Below, one piece after another: positions 33,834 to 43,319 of a stretch of DNA of 64,000 nucleotides. Position numbers and translations under genes: made by a program. Below the pieces are notes generated by a model. That model did not search any database, was not told the origin of the DNA, and saw only the letters and a list, made by a program, of their open reading frames with translations. Positions within the stretch are counted from its first letter, which is position 1. Every line of letters begins with the position of its first letter. The stretch covers positions 64,074 through 128,073 of the forward strand of contig JAGNSU010000002.1 of NCBI GenBank assembly GCA_017987895.1, in the 5' to 3' direction. Source of the DNA: Flavobacteriales bacterium (lineage in GTDB: Bacteria; Bacteroidota; Bacteroidia; Flavobacteriales_F; PHOS-HE28).

Positions 33834-34589
33834 ATGAGCAACGAAGCCCTCTTCACCTATACCCTCCGACTGGCGGACGACCTGCTGATCCTGAGCCACC
33901 GCTTAGGCGAGTGGTGCGGCCACGGCCCTGTGCTGGAGGAGGACATCGCTCTTACCAACCGCGCGCTGGACCACATCGGCGAGGCCCGCAACCTGCTCAC
34001 CTACGCGGGCGAAGTGGAAGGCAAGGGACGCACCGAGGACGACCTCGCCTTCCTACGCAACGAGCGGCAGTTCCTGAACACCAAGTTGGTGGAGCAGCCC
34101 AACGGAGACTATGCGCACACCATCGTGCGGAGCTTCCTCTTCGACGCGTACCACCTGCCCCTGGCCGAGGCCCTGCTGAAGAGCAGCGACACTCAGCTGG
34201 CCGCCATCGCCGGCAAAGCCGTGAAAGAGGCCCAGTACCACCTGCGCCACAGCAGCGACTGGCTGATCCGCTTCGGCGACGGCACGGAGGAAAGTCACCA
34301 ACGTGCGCAGGCAGCCCTCGACAACTTATGGACCTTCACCGGCGACCTGTTCACGCAGGACGAATTGCACCAGGCCATGGTGAAAGCAGGCGTGGCTACG
34401 GACCTAACGAAGATCAAGGCGGCCTTCGACGCCACCGTGAACAAGGTGCTGAGCGAAGCTACCTTGAAGCGCCCTGCCGATGGCTTCATGGCCAGCGGTG
34501 GCCGCCAAGGCAAACACGGCGAACAACTCGGCTACATCCTCACGGAGATGCAATACCTACAGCGCGCCTATCCCGGCGCTACGTGGTAG
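33834..34589 (+). CDS. paaC: 1,2-phenylacetyl-CoA epoxidase subunit C
   Basis: 251 aa. Position after paaB and ferritin-like helical pattern (LADDLLILSHRLGEW, EEDIALTN). Confidence 0.88.
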   Translation: MSNEALFTYTLRLADDLLILSHRLGEWCGHGPVLEEDIALTNRALDHIGEARNLLTYAGEVEGKGRTEDDLAFLRNERQFLNTKLVEQPNGDYAHTIVRSFLFDAYHLPLAEALLKSSDTQLAAIAGKAVKEAQYHLRHSSDWLIRFGDGTEESHQRAQAALDNLWTFTGDLFTQDELHQAMVKAGVATDLTKIKAAFDATVNKVLSEATLKRPADGFMASGGRQGKHGEQLGYILTEMQYLQRAYPGATW

Positions 34590-34716
34590 AAAGCCATTCA
34601 CCGCAGCGACGCCAAGAGCGCAACGGGCTCGCCACGCGAACCGAGAAGGATCTCTTGGCGCGACCTTGGCGTCCGTTGCGCCGTAGCGGTGAAAGACCTA
34701 CCCATCTTTGCAGACC

Positions 34717-35214
34717 ATGACGGTCAACGCACTCACCCGTGAGCACGTTCTTGACCTGCTCGAAAACGTGAAGGATCCGGAGATCCCGGTCATCAACGTG
34801 CTGGAGCTGGGCGTGGTGCGCACTGTGGAGGTGGAGCCCAACGGCAAGGCCATCATCACCATCACCCCCACCTACACCGGCTGCCCGGCCATGGACGTGA
34901 TGGCGGCCGACATCAAGAAGGAACTGCTGGAGGCCGGCGTGCCCCAGGTCGAGGTGAAGCTCACCCTCTCCCCCGCCTGGAGCACCGACCAGATCAGCGA
35001 CGAGGGTAAGCGCAAGCTGAAGGAATATGGCATCGCCCCGCCTGAGAAGACCGCCGACATCCGCGCATTGAAAGGCGCCGTGCCCGTGGTCGAATGCCCG
35101 CAGTGCGGCTCGAAGGATACCGTCATGCTCAGCGCTTTCGGTTCCACCGCGTGCAAGGGGCTGTGGAAGTGCAATAGCTGCCTGGAGCCGTTCGATCAGT
35201 TCAAGTGTTTGTGA
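34717..35214 (+). CDS. paaD: Phenylacetate-CoA oxygenase subunit PaaD (PaaJ-type, DUF59 plus C-terminal zinc ribbon)
   Basis: The ATG at 34717 gives MTVNALTREHVLDLLENVKDPEIPVINVLELGVVR. The C-terminus carries CPQCGS...CNSC. The TTG at 34708 in the track is a less likely start. Confidence 0.88.
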   Translation: MTVNALTREHVLDLLENVKDPEIPVINVLELGVVRTVEVEPNGKAIITITPTYTGCPAMDVMAADIKKELLEAGVPQVEVKLTLSPAWSTDQISDEGKRKLKEYGIAPPEKTADIRALKGAVPVVECPQCGSKDTVMLSAFGSTACKGLWKCNSCLEPFDQFKCL

Positions 35215-35217
35215 ACA

Positions 35218-35985
35218 ATGGACTGGGCTGCGGAGAAAAGCAAAAGTCACACAGTGCCCCTTATGGCCACGCTTGAGGGTAGGCCAATCGTTGATGGCTG
35301 TGCGATTCTGATCGAGTTGAACAGGCGCACCTATCTCTTGAGCGCGGATCATGTTGGAGTGCATCGTGGAGGAATGAAGGTTGACATAGGGTCCGAACTC
35401 TCGCAGTCCGATTTTGGTCAATTCGTGTCTGTTCCAAACATTGACATCACCGTCGTCGAGGTCTTGAATCCGACGCCATTCACTACTGATGGAAGATTGG
35501 ATTTTGTCAAGGAGCAGGACCTCGGTCTTGGTCACGCTCCCGATTCGACCACGAACATGCCGGAGTATCTCGTCTGTGGTTACCCGACCTCAAGGGCAAA
35601 GCCTCTGTGGGGCAATAGCGCGAAGCTTAGAGCTGAACCGTTCGGCTTTCGAACAAGAATGATTCCTGAGACAGATAGAGCCGACTTTCCATACGATCCG
35701 CAGCTCCATCATTTCTTCAAGTACAGAAAAGACCTACTCGTCGATGGGAAAACCGGTCACCGTCGTAACCCTCCGCCTCTCGAAGGGATTAGCGGATCTG
35801 GTGTATGGCATCACCGGGAGACATCTCTGAGCCTCGTGGGGATAATGATTGCCCAATATCCTGCCGCCAATCCGAAAGCTCTTGTGGTTGTGCGTATCGA
35901 CGCCATCACGGAGGCAATACGATTAACATTGGACCTTGAAGTCTCTCAAAGTCCATTCCTATTGGCACAAGTCGTTCGACAATGA
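35218..35985 (+). CDS. Cytoplasmic trypsin-like (chymotrypsin-fold) serine peptidase, low-GC insert in the paa operon
   Basis: 255 aa with no signal peptide. The H-D-S order is LLSADH (His45), NIDITVV (Asp76), EGISGSGVW (Ser192). It starts 3 nt after the paaD stop, and its stop overlaps the paaG ATG (ATGA). Hand-counted lines are about 47-52% GC. Confidence 0.7.
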   Translation: MDWAAEKSKSHTVPLMATLEGRPIVDGCAILIELNRRTYLLSADHVGVHRGGMKVDIGSELSQSDFGQFVSVPNIDITVVEVLNPTPFTTDGRLDFVKEQDLGLGHAPDSTTNMPEYLVCGYPTSRAKPLWGNSAKLRAEPFGFRTRMIPETDRADFPYDPQLHHFFKYRKDLLVDGKTGHRRNPPPLEGISGSGVWHHRETSLSLVGIMIAQYPAANPKALVVVRIDAITEAIRLTLDLEVSQSPFLLAQVVRQ

Positions 35986-36761
35986 CCTACTCGAAAATCC
36001 TCTACTCCATCACCGACGGCGTCGCCACCATTACGCTCAACCGCCCTGACAAGCTCAACAGCTTCGACCGGGAGATGGCCTTGGAGACCATCGACGCGCT
36101 GGACAAGGCCAAGGATGATGCGACCGTGCGGGCAGTGCTGCTCACCGGCGAGGGGCGCGCCTTCTGTGCTGGCCAGGACCTGGCGGAGGCGATCGCGCCC
36201 GGCACCAAGATCGAGGACATCCTCACCACGCAGTACAATCCGATCGTACGCCGCATCCGTGCACTGCCAAAGCCGGTGGTCGCTGCGGTGAACGGCGTGG
36301 CGGCGGGCGCTGGCGCCAACATCGCCTACGCCTGCGACCTCACCCTCGCGGCCGAAAGCGCCAACTTCATCCAGAGCTTTATCAATATCGGCTTGATCCC
36401 GGACAGCGGGGGCACATTCTCGTTACCGCGGCTCGTAGGCATGCAACGCGCCTTCGGCCAGATGATCTTCGCGCCCAAGGTGAGCGCCAAGGAAGCCGAA
36501 GCCCAGGGGATGATCTGGAAGGCCGTGCCCGACGCCGAACTGATGAACGAGGCTATCGCCCTCGCGAAAAAACTAGCCGCCATGCCCACCAAGGCCATCG
36601 CGCTCACCAAGGAAGCGCTCAACCGCTCCATGACCAATTCCATGGACGCGCAACTGGATGTCGAGAACGAGTTGCAAACGATCGCCGGGCGCAGCTACGA
36701 TTACAACGAAGGCGTAAAGGCCTTCCTGGAAAAACGCAAGCCGGTATACACCGGCGCATAG
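35982..36761 (+). CDS. paaG: Enoyl-CoA hydratase/isomerase (PaaG-like)
   Basis: 259 aa. The crotonase pattern is ITLNRPDKLNSF, FCAGQDL, AAVNGVAAGAGAN. Confidence 0.88.
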   Translation: MTYSKILYSITDGVATITLNRPDKLNSFDREMALETIDALDKAKDDATVRAVLLTGEGRAFCAGQDLAEAIAPGTKIEDILTTQYNPIVRRIRALPKPVVAAVNGVAAGAGANIAYACDLTLAAESANFIQSFINIGLIPDSGGTFSLPRLVGMQRAFGQMIFAPKVSAKEAEAQGMIWKAVPDAELMNEAIALAKKLAAMPTKAIALTKEALNRSMTNSMDAQLDVENELQTIAGRSYDYNEGVKAFLEKRKPVYTGA

Positions 36762-36765
36762 GCAG

Positions 36766-36803
36766 ATCGACGTACTCGTAGCGTCGACCCACCGGGTCGA
36801 CCG
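36766..36803. repeat. REP-like palindromic element copy 2
   Basis: GTCGACCCACCGGGTCGAC at 36784-36802 in the paaG-paaH spacer. Confidence 0.6.
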
Positions 36804-36823
36804 CCACGAACGATCTTTACCCC

Positions 36824-37999
36824 ATGGACAAGAACACCGTTGTCGGCGTGATCGGTGCCGGCACCATGGGTAGCGGTATCGCGCAAGTAGCCGCTCAGGC
36901 GGGCCATGTCTGCTTTCTCTATGACAGCCGAAGCGATGCCGTGGATCGCGCGAGCGACGCGCTCAAAGCCACCATCCACAAGCTCGTCCAGAAGGGCAAG
37001 TTCACTGCGGAAGAAGGAGCGGGCATCATCGGCCGCGTTAAGCCCGCGCACGATCTGAAGGACCTGTCGGGCTGCGGACTGGTGATCGAAGCGATCATCG
37101 AGGATCTTCAGGTGAAGAGGAAGCTCTTCGCTGAACTGGAACCCCTTCTTTCGACAGACGGGATCCTCGCGACCAACACATCCTCGCTGTCCGTTACCGC
37201 GATCGCTGCGGCATGCGCCAAGCCGGAGCGCGTGATCGGCCTGCACTTCTTCAACCCGGCTCCCCTCCTGCCGTTGGTGGAAGTTGTTCCAGGGCTCGCG
37301 ACAAGCGCGGAGAACCGTGAAAGATCCGCCGCCCTGATGACCGCCTGGGGCAAGACACCCGTCGTGTGCAAAGACACGCCGGGCTTCATCGTGAACCGAG
37401 TGGCTCGACCTTTCTATGGCGAGAGCATCCGCATCTACGAAGAAGGCATCGCCGACATGCCGACCATCGATCACGCCATGAAGAGCATCGGTGGTTTCAA
37501 GATGGGTCCGTTCGAACTGATGGATCTGATCGGCAATGACATCAACTTCACCGTGACCAGAACCGTGTGGGAGAGCTTCTTCTATGATCCGCGTTATAAG
37601 CCGAGCTTCACACAGCAGCGCCAGGTGGAGGCAGGATGGCTGGGGCGCAAAACACGTCGCGGCTACTACGCCTATGGTGAGAAAGGGCAAATGGTCGCCG
37701 GTCAACCGACCACCAGCAACCAACAACTTCTTGAGGGCATCTGCTGGCGCGTGCTTGTGATGTTGATCAACGAAGCCGCAGATGCCTTGCACTTTGGCAT
37801 TGCCTCGCGCGAGGACATCGATCTGGCGATGACCAAGGGTGTCAACTATCCCAAGGGCTTGCTACGCTGGGCGGATGAGATGGGCTTGGGCAAGTGCCTG
37901 TCCGCTTTGGATGGCCTGCAAGCTGAGTATGGTGAGGACCGCTACCGTCCCAGCCCTCTCCTGCGGCGCATGGTGCGCGAGGGCCGAACCTTCTATTGA
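36824..37999 (+). CDS. paaH: 3-hydroxyacyl-CoA dehydrogenase (PaaH-like)
   Basis: 391 aa. VGVIGAGTMGSGIAQV is a Rossmann fold. Also HFFNPAP and FIVNRV motifs. Confidence 0.9.
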   Translation: MDKNTVVGVIGAGTMGSGIAQVAAQAGHVCFLYDSRSDAVDRASDALKATIHKLVQKGKFTAEEGAGIIGRVKPAHDLKDLSGCGLVIEAIIEDLQVKRKLFAELEPLLSTDGILATNTSSLSVTAIAAACAKPERVIGLHFFNPAPLLPLVEVVPGLATSAENRERSAALMTAWGKTPVVCKDTPGFIVNRVARPFYGESIRIYEEGIADMPTIDHAMKSIGGFKMGPFELMDLIGNDINFTVTRTVWESFFYDPRYKPSFTQQRQVEAGWLGRKTRRGYYAYGEKGQMVAGQPTTSNQQLLEGICWRVLVMLINEAADALHFGIASREDIDLAMTKGVNYPKGLLRWADEMGLGKCLSALDGLQAEYGEDRYRPSPLLRRMVREGRTFY

Positions 38000-38100
38000 T
38001 CGGTCCGGGCAGTTAGGTCTCCATGCGTCTTGTAAATTTATTCTCCATGGAAGATTTCTTTCTGTTCCTTTGCGCTCCGAAAACGAACAAGACCCAATTC

Positions 38101-38760
38101 ATGAACCTGAAGATCGCTGCGGCCGCCTCCATGGCTGCCCTATTGCTGGTGGCCTGTGGCCCCAGTGCTGAAGAACAAGCCGCCGCCCGCGAAAAGGCCG
38201 TGGCCGATAGCCTGGCCGCATTAGCCAGCATGGAAATGACCTACACCGTGGACCCTGCCGCGAGCAAAGTGGTTTGGGCGGGCGTCATGCTCGGCATCAA
38301 GACCCATACCGGCAGCGTGAACTTCCTGGAGGGCACCGTGACCACCAAAGGGCCGACCCTCATCGGTGGCAGCTTCACGGTGGACATGAAGAACTACGCT
38401 ATGACGGACACGAACTATGCTCCGGACGGATCGGAGAAAGGCACCCGCGCCATGCTGATGGGCCACCTTTCCAGCCCGGACTTCTTCGATGTGGCGAATT
38501 TCCCGACCGCTACACTGAAGATCACCGGCGTGACCGGCAACAGCGCTACGGCCGATCTGACCGTGCGCGGCAAGACGAACAGCGAAACCATCACGGATAT
38601 CGTTGTGACCCCGAACGCGGACGGCAGCGTAACGGCCACCGCGAAACTGGCATTCGATCGTCAGAAATACGGCGTGGCGTGGAGCACGGGTTCGAAGGAC
38701 GCCGTGTTGAACGACATCATCGAAACAAATGTGGAGATCACCGCGAAAGCGGCGAAGTGA
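38101..38760 (+). CDS. YceI family lipoprotein
   Basis: The ATG at 38101 gives MNLKIAAAASMAALLLVAC, a lipobox. The body is YceI-like (THTGSVNF...GGSFTVDM). Confidence 0.82.
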   Translation: MNLKIAAAASMAALLLVACGPSAEEQAAAREKAVADSLAALASMEMTYTVDPAASKVVWAGVMLGIKTHTGSVNFLEGTVTTKGPTLIGGSFTVDMKNYAMTDTNYAPDGSEKGTRAMLMGHLSSPDFFDVANFPTATLKITGVTGNSATADLTVRGKTNSETITDIVVTPNADGSVTATAKLAFDRQKYGVAWSTGSKDAVLNDIIETNVEITAKAAK

Positions 38761-38776
38761 TCCACCTTGGTGAAAG

Positions 38777-38811
38777 AACAGGAAAGGCGGCCGAGGGCCG
38801 CCTTTCCTGTT
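38777..38811. terminator. Strong bidirectional terminator hairpin
   Basis: AACAGGAAAGGCGGCC / GAG / GGCCGCCTTTCCTGTT, a perfect 16-bp stem between convergent genes. Confidence 0.75.
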
Positions 38812-38826
38812 GCTGGCCGACCCGAT

Positions 38827-39495
38827 CTATTTGCGCATGGCAGTGGCCAGCCATGCGTTGAAGGGGCACATGGCCAGGTAGTGGTCCATGAGAATGTCCA
38901 TCAGCTTGGCATCCGCGACCAGTTTAGCCGGCAACTCGGCGCCCACGTAGAACTGCTTGTTCGCGATCAACGGTTCCTTGGCCATCGCGGCCTTGAACTC
39001 AGGTGCCAGCACCTTGTTGACCTCGCCCCTCACCGCTCCGAACAAGGTAGTGAACGCCTTTCCCTCGATCGCCTTGCGGAAGCCCTTGCCATCGCGAAGG
39101 ATGGCCGTCCGGATCTTCTCCAGTTGGTCCTTCTCCGGCTGGTAGGCACCGCCGTAGAACTTCACGTTCTCCGGTCCCAATTCGAAGTAGATGCCAGGTG
39201 TTGCGTGGTCCTTCCGCCCTGCGGGTGAGATGATCGCCGAGGTGTTCAGCTTGTAAGGCGTCTTGTCCTTGCTGAACCGTATATCCTTATTGATCCGGAA
39301 GATGGCCTCCTTTGGTCCGATGGTGATGGTTTTGTCGTGCTTGGCGATCCGCTTGATCGCTTCCGAGGTGAAGGCCTCGAAGGGTTTCTTCACGCTCTCC
39401 TCGTAACGTTTCCGGTTCGCATCGAACCATTCCTTGTTGTTGTTCTTCGCGAGGTCCTTGAAGAAGCCGTTGAAGTCGTTGGTGAACCAGGCCAT
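38827..39495 (-). CDS. DUF2461 (TIGR02453) family protein
   Basis: The ATG at 39495 gives MAWFTNDFNGFFKDLAKNNNKEWFDANRKRYE, characteristic of this family. Confidence 0.8.
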   Translation of the reverse strand: MAWFTNDFNGFFKDLAKNNNKEWFDANRKRYEESVKKPFEAFTSEAIKRIAKHDKTITIGPKEAIFRINKDIRFSKDKTPYKLNTSAIISPAGRKDHATPGIYFELGPENVKFYGGAYQPEKDQLEKIRTAILRDGKGFRKAIEGKAFTTLFGAVRGEVNKVLAPEFKAAMAKEPLIANKQFYVGAELPAKLVADAKLMDILMDHYLAMCPFNAWLATAMRK

Positions 39496-39533
39496 CCTAT
39501 CAGTATTTTGTGCGGAAGTTAGCCGCCTCGCCC

Positions 39534-40058
39534 ATGTCCCCCGCTCGCTCAGCCTCCGATCCCCAACTCTTCGCCCCATTGCATGTCGTCGTGGTGGAAG
39601 GTCCCATCGGCAAGGTGCACATCGAGAGCGACGGGCTGGTGATCACCCGGGTCTCCTTCGAGAACCTGCGGGGCAGCCGGGCCAAACAACCCAAATTGCT
39701 GGGCACGGCAGCGAAGCAAATGGACCAGTACTTCGCAGGCAAACGCAAGCGGTTCGATCTCCCCCTTCAACGCCTGGGTACAAGGTTCCAACGCTTGGTG
39801 TGGGATGCGATCGACGATATCCCGTATGGCAAGACACGCACCTATCAAGCCATAGGTGAAAAGATCGGTGGGCTCGCCTTGGCGCGCACGGTGGGCCATG
39901 CCTGCGGGAGCAATCCACTGCCGATCCTGCTTCCTTGCCATCGGGTGATCGCCAGCGATGGGTTGCTCACCGGCTACGTGGGCGGGCTGTGGCGCAAACG
40001 CTGGATGTTGCAGCATGAAGGCGCGCTACCCAAGGACCTCTTCACCGCCGACCGCTGA
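39534..40058 (+). CDS. ogt: Methylated-DNA--protein-cysteine methyltransferase
   Basis: PCHRVI active-site motif, plus IPYGKTRTYQAIG. ATG at 39534 (GTG 39510 is an alternative). Confidence 0.9.
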   Translation: MSPARSASDPQLFAPLHVVVVEGPIGKVHIESDGLVITRVSFENLRGSRAKQPKLLGTAAKQMDQYFAGKRKRFDLPLQRLGTRFQRLVWDAIDDIPYGKTRTYQAIGEKIGGLALARTVGHACGSNPLPILLPCHRVIASDGLLTGYVGGLWRKRWMLQHEGALPKDLFTADR

Positions 40059-40109
40059 TCCGTTAACGATCTTTTGATCCGCTCACCGAAAGGCCGCACC
40101 TTGGCCGGA

Positions 40110-40117
40110 TAATTTCG
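40110..40117 (+). promoter_or_regulatory. Candidate -7 box TAATTTCG for the gldA operon
   Basis: A TAnnTT(C)G variant 16 nt upstream of the ATG at 40134. Confidence 0.25.
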
Positions 40118-40133
40118 CCGACCATCGAAGGGC

Positions 40134-41057
40134 ATGGACATCCGTATCGAGGACCTCTCCAAACACTACGGCCCGCAAGCCGCCGTGGACGGCATCGGCT
40201 TCACGGTGAACACGGGCGAAGTGCTCGGGTTCCTGGGCCCCAATGGTGCGGGAAAGACCACCACGATGAAGATGATCTGTGGGCTCGTGGCCCCGGATCA
40301 AGGCACCATCCGCGTGGGGGGCCATTCCGTAGCGGAGGAGCCCCAGATCGTGCGTCGCCACATCGGTTACCTGCCGGAGAACAATCCACTGTACGAGGAC
40401 ATGCCTGTGCTCGATCACCTGCGCTTCAGTGCGAAGGTGCAGGGCGTGCCCGAAGGACGCATCCAGGAACGCATCGCCGAAATGGTGCGCGTGTGCGGGC
40501 TGGACGCAGAAAAGCACAAGCGTGTGGGTGAATTGAGCAAAGGCTACCGCCAGCGCGTTGGGCTCGCGCAGGCCATGGTGCATGATCCGGAGGTGTTGAT
40601 CCTGGACGAACCCACCACGGGCCTGGACCCGAACCAGATCGTGGAGATCCGCGAGCTGATCAAGGAGGTAGGCCGCGCCAAGACCGTGATCTTCAGCACG
40701 CACATCCTGCCGGAAGTGGAGGCCACCTGCGATCGCATCATGATCATCAGTAAGGGGCGCATCGTGGCGCATGGATCACCGTCCGATCTCCGCCGACAGG
40801 CGCAAGGGCGGGTGGTCCTCAACGTGCGGGTCGAGGAGGTCGATGCATCGCTCGTGCGCTCCGCCTTGTCCGGTCTTCCCGGTGTTGACCTCGTGGAAAC
40901 GATCGCGCAAGGCGGGTTCAGCCTGCAATGCGCGCCTGACATGCCGGTGGCGCGCTCCGTTTCCGCCTTGTGCGCGGAGAGGCATTGGCCGCTCACGGAA
41001 CTGCATTCGCCCGGCACCCGGCTCGAGGACATCTTCCGCGATCTCACTCTCAACTGA
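40134..41057 (+). CDS. gldA: ABC transporter ATP-binding protein, gliding-motility GldA-like
   Basis: Walker A GPNGAGKTT, signature LSKGYRQR, Walker B ILDEPT. It heads a GldF/GldG-type cluster. Confidence 0.8.
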   Translation: MDIRIEDLSKHYGPQAAVDGIGFTVNTGEVLGFLGPNGAGKTTTMKMICGLVAPDQGTIRVGGHSVAEEPQIVRRHIGYLPENNPLYEDMPVLDHLRFSAKVQGVPEGRIQERIAEMVRVCGLDAEKHKRVGELSKGYRQRVGLAQAMVHDPEVLILDEPTTGLDPNQIVEIRELIKEVGRAKTVIFSTHILPEVEATCDRIMIISKGRIVAHGSPSDLRRQAQGRVVLNVRVEEVDASLVRSALSGLPGVDLVETIAQGGFSLQCAPDMPVARSVSALCAERHWPLTELHSPGTRLEDIFRDLTLN

Positions 41058-41065
41058 CCTTCGCC

Positions 41066-41788
41066 GTGGGAAAGACCTGGACCATCGCCCGTAAGGAGCT
41101 CGCCTCCTTCTTCGACTCATTGATGGCCTATATCCTGCTCGTGGTGTTCCTCGGAATCAGCGGCTTCTTCACCTGGTGGTATGGCGCCGATGTGTTCATG
41201 GCCGGACAAGCGGAACTCACGTCGTTCTTCAGTATCGCCTACTGGACGCTGTTCTTCTTCATTCCCGCGCTCACCATGCGCACTTTGGCCGAAGAGCGTC
41301 GCACCGGTACGTTGGACCTCTTGCTCACCAAATCCATCACCGATCGGCAGGTGGTCCTGGGGAAGTTCATCGCCAACCTGGTCCTCATCGCGCTCGCTTT
41401 GCTGTGTACCCTTCCTTACTATGTCACTATCGTCAGCATCGGCGATGTGGACCATGGTGCCGTGCTCTGTGGCTATCTCGCGCTCCTGATGATGAGCGCT
41501 TCCTACATCGGCTTGGGCATCCTCGCCAGTAGCCTTACGCAGAACCAACTCGTTGCCTTCTTGATCGCACTGCTGATCGGCACCTGCTTCCATCTTCTCT
41601 TCGGGGTGGTGGCGAGCGCGGCCACGGGCGCGGTAGGCGAAGTGCTCGGCTTCTTGGGCATGGGCACACATTTCGATTCCATGTCGCGCGGTGTGGTGGA
41701 CAGCCGCGATGTGATCTACTTCCTCAGCCTCACCATAGCCGGTCTATTGGGCGCGGAACTGCGCCTGGCGAAACGTGGGCTGAAATGA
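41066..41788 (+). CDS. gldF: ABC-2 type permease, GldF-like
   Basis: The GTG at 41066 gives VGKTWTIARKELASFFDSLMAYILL. 240 aa with six hydrophobic segments. The track ORF start at 40970 overlaps gldA in another frame. Confidence 0.75.
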   Translation: MGKTWTIARKELASFFDSLMAYILLVVFLGISGFFTWWYGADVFMAGQAELTSFFSIAYWTLFFFIPALTMRTLAEERRTGTLDLLLTKSITDRQVVLGKFIANLVLIALALLCTLPYYVTIVSIGDVDHGAVLCGYLALLMMSASYIGLGILASSLTQNQLVAFLIALLIGTCFHLLFGVVASAATGAVGEVLGFLGMGTHFDSMSRGVVDSRDVIYFLSLTIAGLLGAELRLAKRGLK

Positions 41789-41798
41789 TCGCGAAGCC

Positions 41799-43319
41799 AT
41801 GAGGACGACCGGACAGATCACCCGCTTCGCTTTGTTGTTCGCTGTGGCGCTCGTGCTGGTGAACGTGGTGGGGTCACGGCTCCATGTCCGCCTGGATCTT
41901 ACCAGCGATGGCCGCTACACCCTCAGCAAGGCCACCCTTGATCTGCTGAAAGATCTGCCCGAGGCCGTGACCGTGACAGGATACTTCACCAAAGACCTGC
42001 CTCCTGACCTGGCCGCCGCACGCGACGAGTTCAAGGACCTGCTGGTGGAATACGCCTCGCGCTCCGACGGCAATGTGGTGTTCGAAATGATCGATCCCGC
42101 CGATGCCGACAGCCTGGAAGAGCAGGCGCTCCAGAACGCGATCCGGCCGCTGCTCGTGAACACACGCGAGAAGGACAAGGCCGAACAGATCAAAGCCTTC
42201 ATGGGTGCCGTGGTGCGCATGGGCGAGCTGAAAGCCGTGATCCCCGTGGTGCAGCCCTCCTCCCCGATGGAATGGGAGTTGAGCTCTCGTATCAAGGAAG
42301 TGAGCGTAACGGAGAAACCTACCGTAGGTATCGTGCAAGGCCACGGCGAACCCTCCACGAACGCCTTGGGCGAAATGGCGCTCGGGCTCAGCGCGCTCTA
42401 CAATATCGAGCCCACCGCCATCTACGACACGTTCCCGATCCACGGACGGTTCAACACCCTCCTCTTCGTCGATCCGAAGGACACGATCTCCGACCTGCAA
42501 TTGCAACGGCTGGAAGAGTTCATGGGGAAGGGACACGGCGTGGTGATCGCCCTGAGCGCCACGGAAAGCGACCTGCAGCGTTCCCCGATAGTGACCCCAC
42601 GGCCGAACAGTTTCACACCGTGGCTCCTGCGGCATGGTGTGGTGTTGGGCGATGCCTTGGTGGCGGACGCCCAATGTGGGCAGGTGCAGGTGATGCAGCA
42701 ACGCGGTTTCTTCAACGTGCAGACCGCGATCGCCTTCCCCTACTTCCCCTTGGTGACGAACTTCGGCGAACATCCCGTCACTTCCGGCCTCGAAGCAGTG
42801 GTGATGCAATTCGCCACCCCGCTCGGAAGCACCGGCGACAGCACCTACCGGATCACACCGCTGCTCAGCACCTCCCCGAAGAGCGCGCTACTGAGCACAC
42901 CCTTGCAACTCGACATCCAGAAGCAATGGACGGACGCCGACTTCACCGCGGGACCACAAACCCTCGCGGTGGCCGTGGAAGGTCCTTTCGGCAATGGCGG
43001 TGGTGCGCGTATGGTGGTGATGAGCAACGGCAACTTCGCGGTGAACGGCGAAGGCCAGGGCGGCCAGTTGAACCCGGACAATGTGAACCTGTTGGTGAAC
43101 GCCGTGGATTGGGTGAGCGACCAGACCGGATTGATCGAGCTACGCGGCAAAGGCGTCGACTACCGCCCGCTCGACGAGTTGACCGATGCGCGCCGCACCG
43201 GCCTCAAATGGCTGAACCTCCTCTTGCCCATCGCATTGGTCGTTCTCTACGGACTGTTCCGCATGCAATGGCGCCGCGGCCAGCGCCGCGCTCGAATGGC
43301 ACCCGGTCATGTCGCGTAG
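41799..43319 (+). CDS. gldG: GldG-like ABC transporter auxiliary protein
   Basis: 506 aa with an N-terminal TM, a large periplasmic domain and a C-terminal TM (LKWLNLLLPIALVVLYGLF). It sits after gldF. Confidence 0.75.
   Translation: MRTTGQITRFALLFAVALVLVNVVGSRLHVRLDLTSDGRYTLSKATLDLLKDLPEAVTVTGYFTKDLPPDLAAARDEFKDLLVEYASRSDGNVVFEMIDPADADSLEEQALQNAIRPLLVNTREKDKAEQIKAFMGAVVRMGELKAVIPVVQPSSPMEWELSSRIKEVSVTEKPTVGIVQGHGEPSTNALGEMALGLSALYNIEPTAIYDTFPIHGRFNTLLFVDPKDTISDLQLQRLEEFMGKGHGVVIALSATESDLQRSPIVTPRPNSFTPWLLRHGVVLGDALVADAQCGQVQVMQQRGFFNVQTAIAFPYFPLVTNFGEHPVTSGLEAVVMQFATPLGSTGDSTYRITPLLSTSPKSALLSTPLQLDIQKQWTDADFTAGPQTLAVAVEGPFGNGGGARMVVMSNGNFAVNGEGQGGQLNPDNVNLLVNAVDWVSDQTGLIELRGKGVDYRPLDELTDARRTGLKWLNLLLPIALVVLYGLFRMQWRRGQRRARMAPGHVA

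Noticed and set aside
34579-35535. 318-aa minus-strand ORF whose N-terminal third (35215-35535) looks fairly protein-like, opposite the protease gene
   Set aside because: The + strand ORF spans the whole low-GC insert, carries an ordered His-Asp-Ser triad and fits the operon junctions exactly. The minus ORF continues antisense through paaD.
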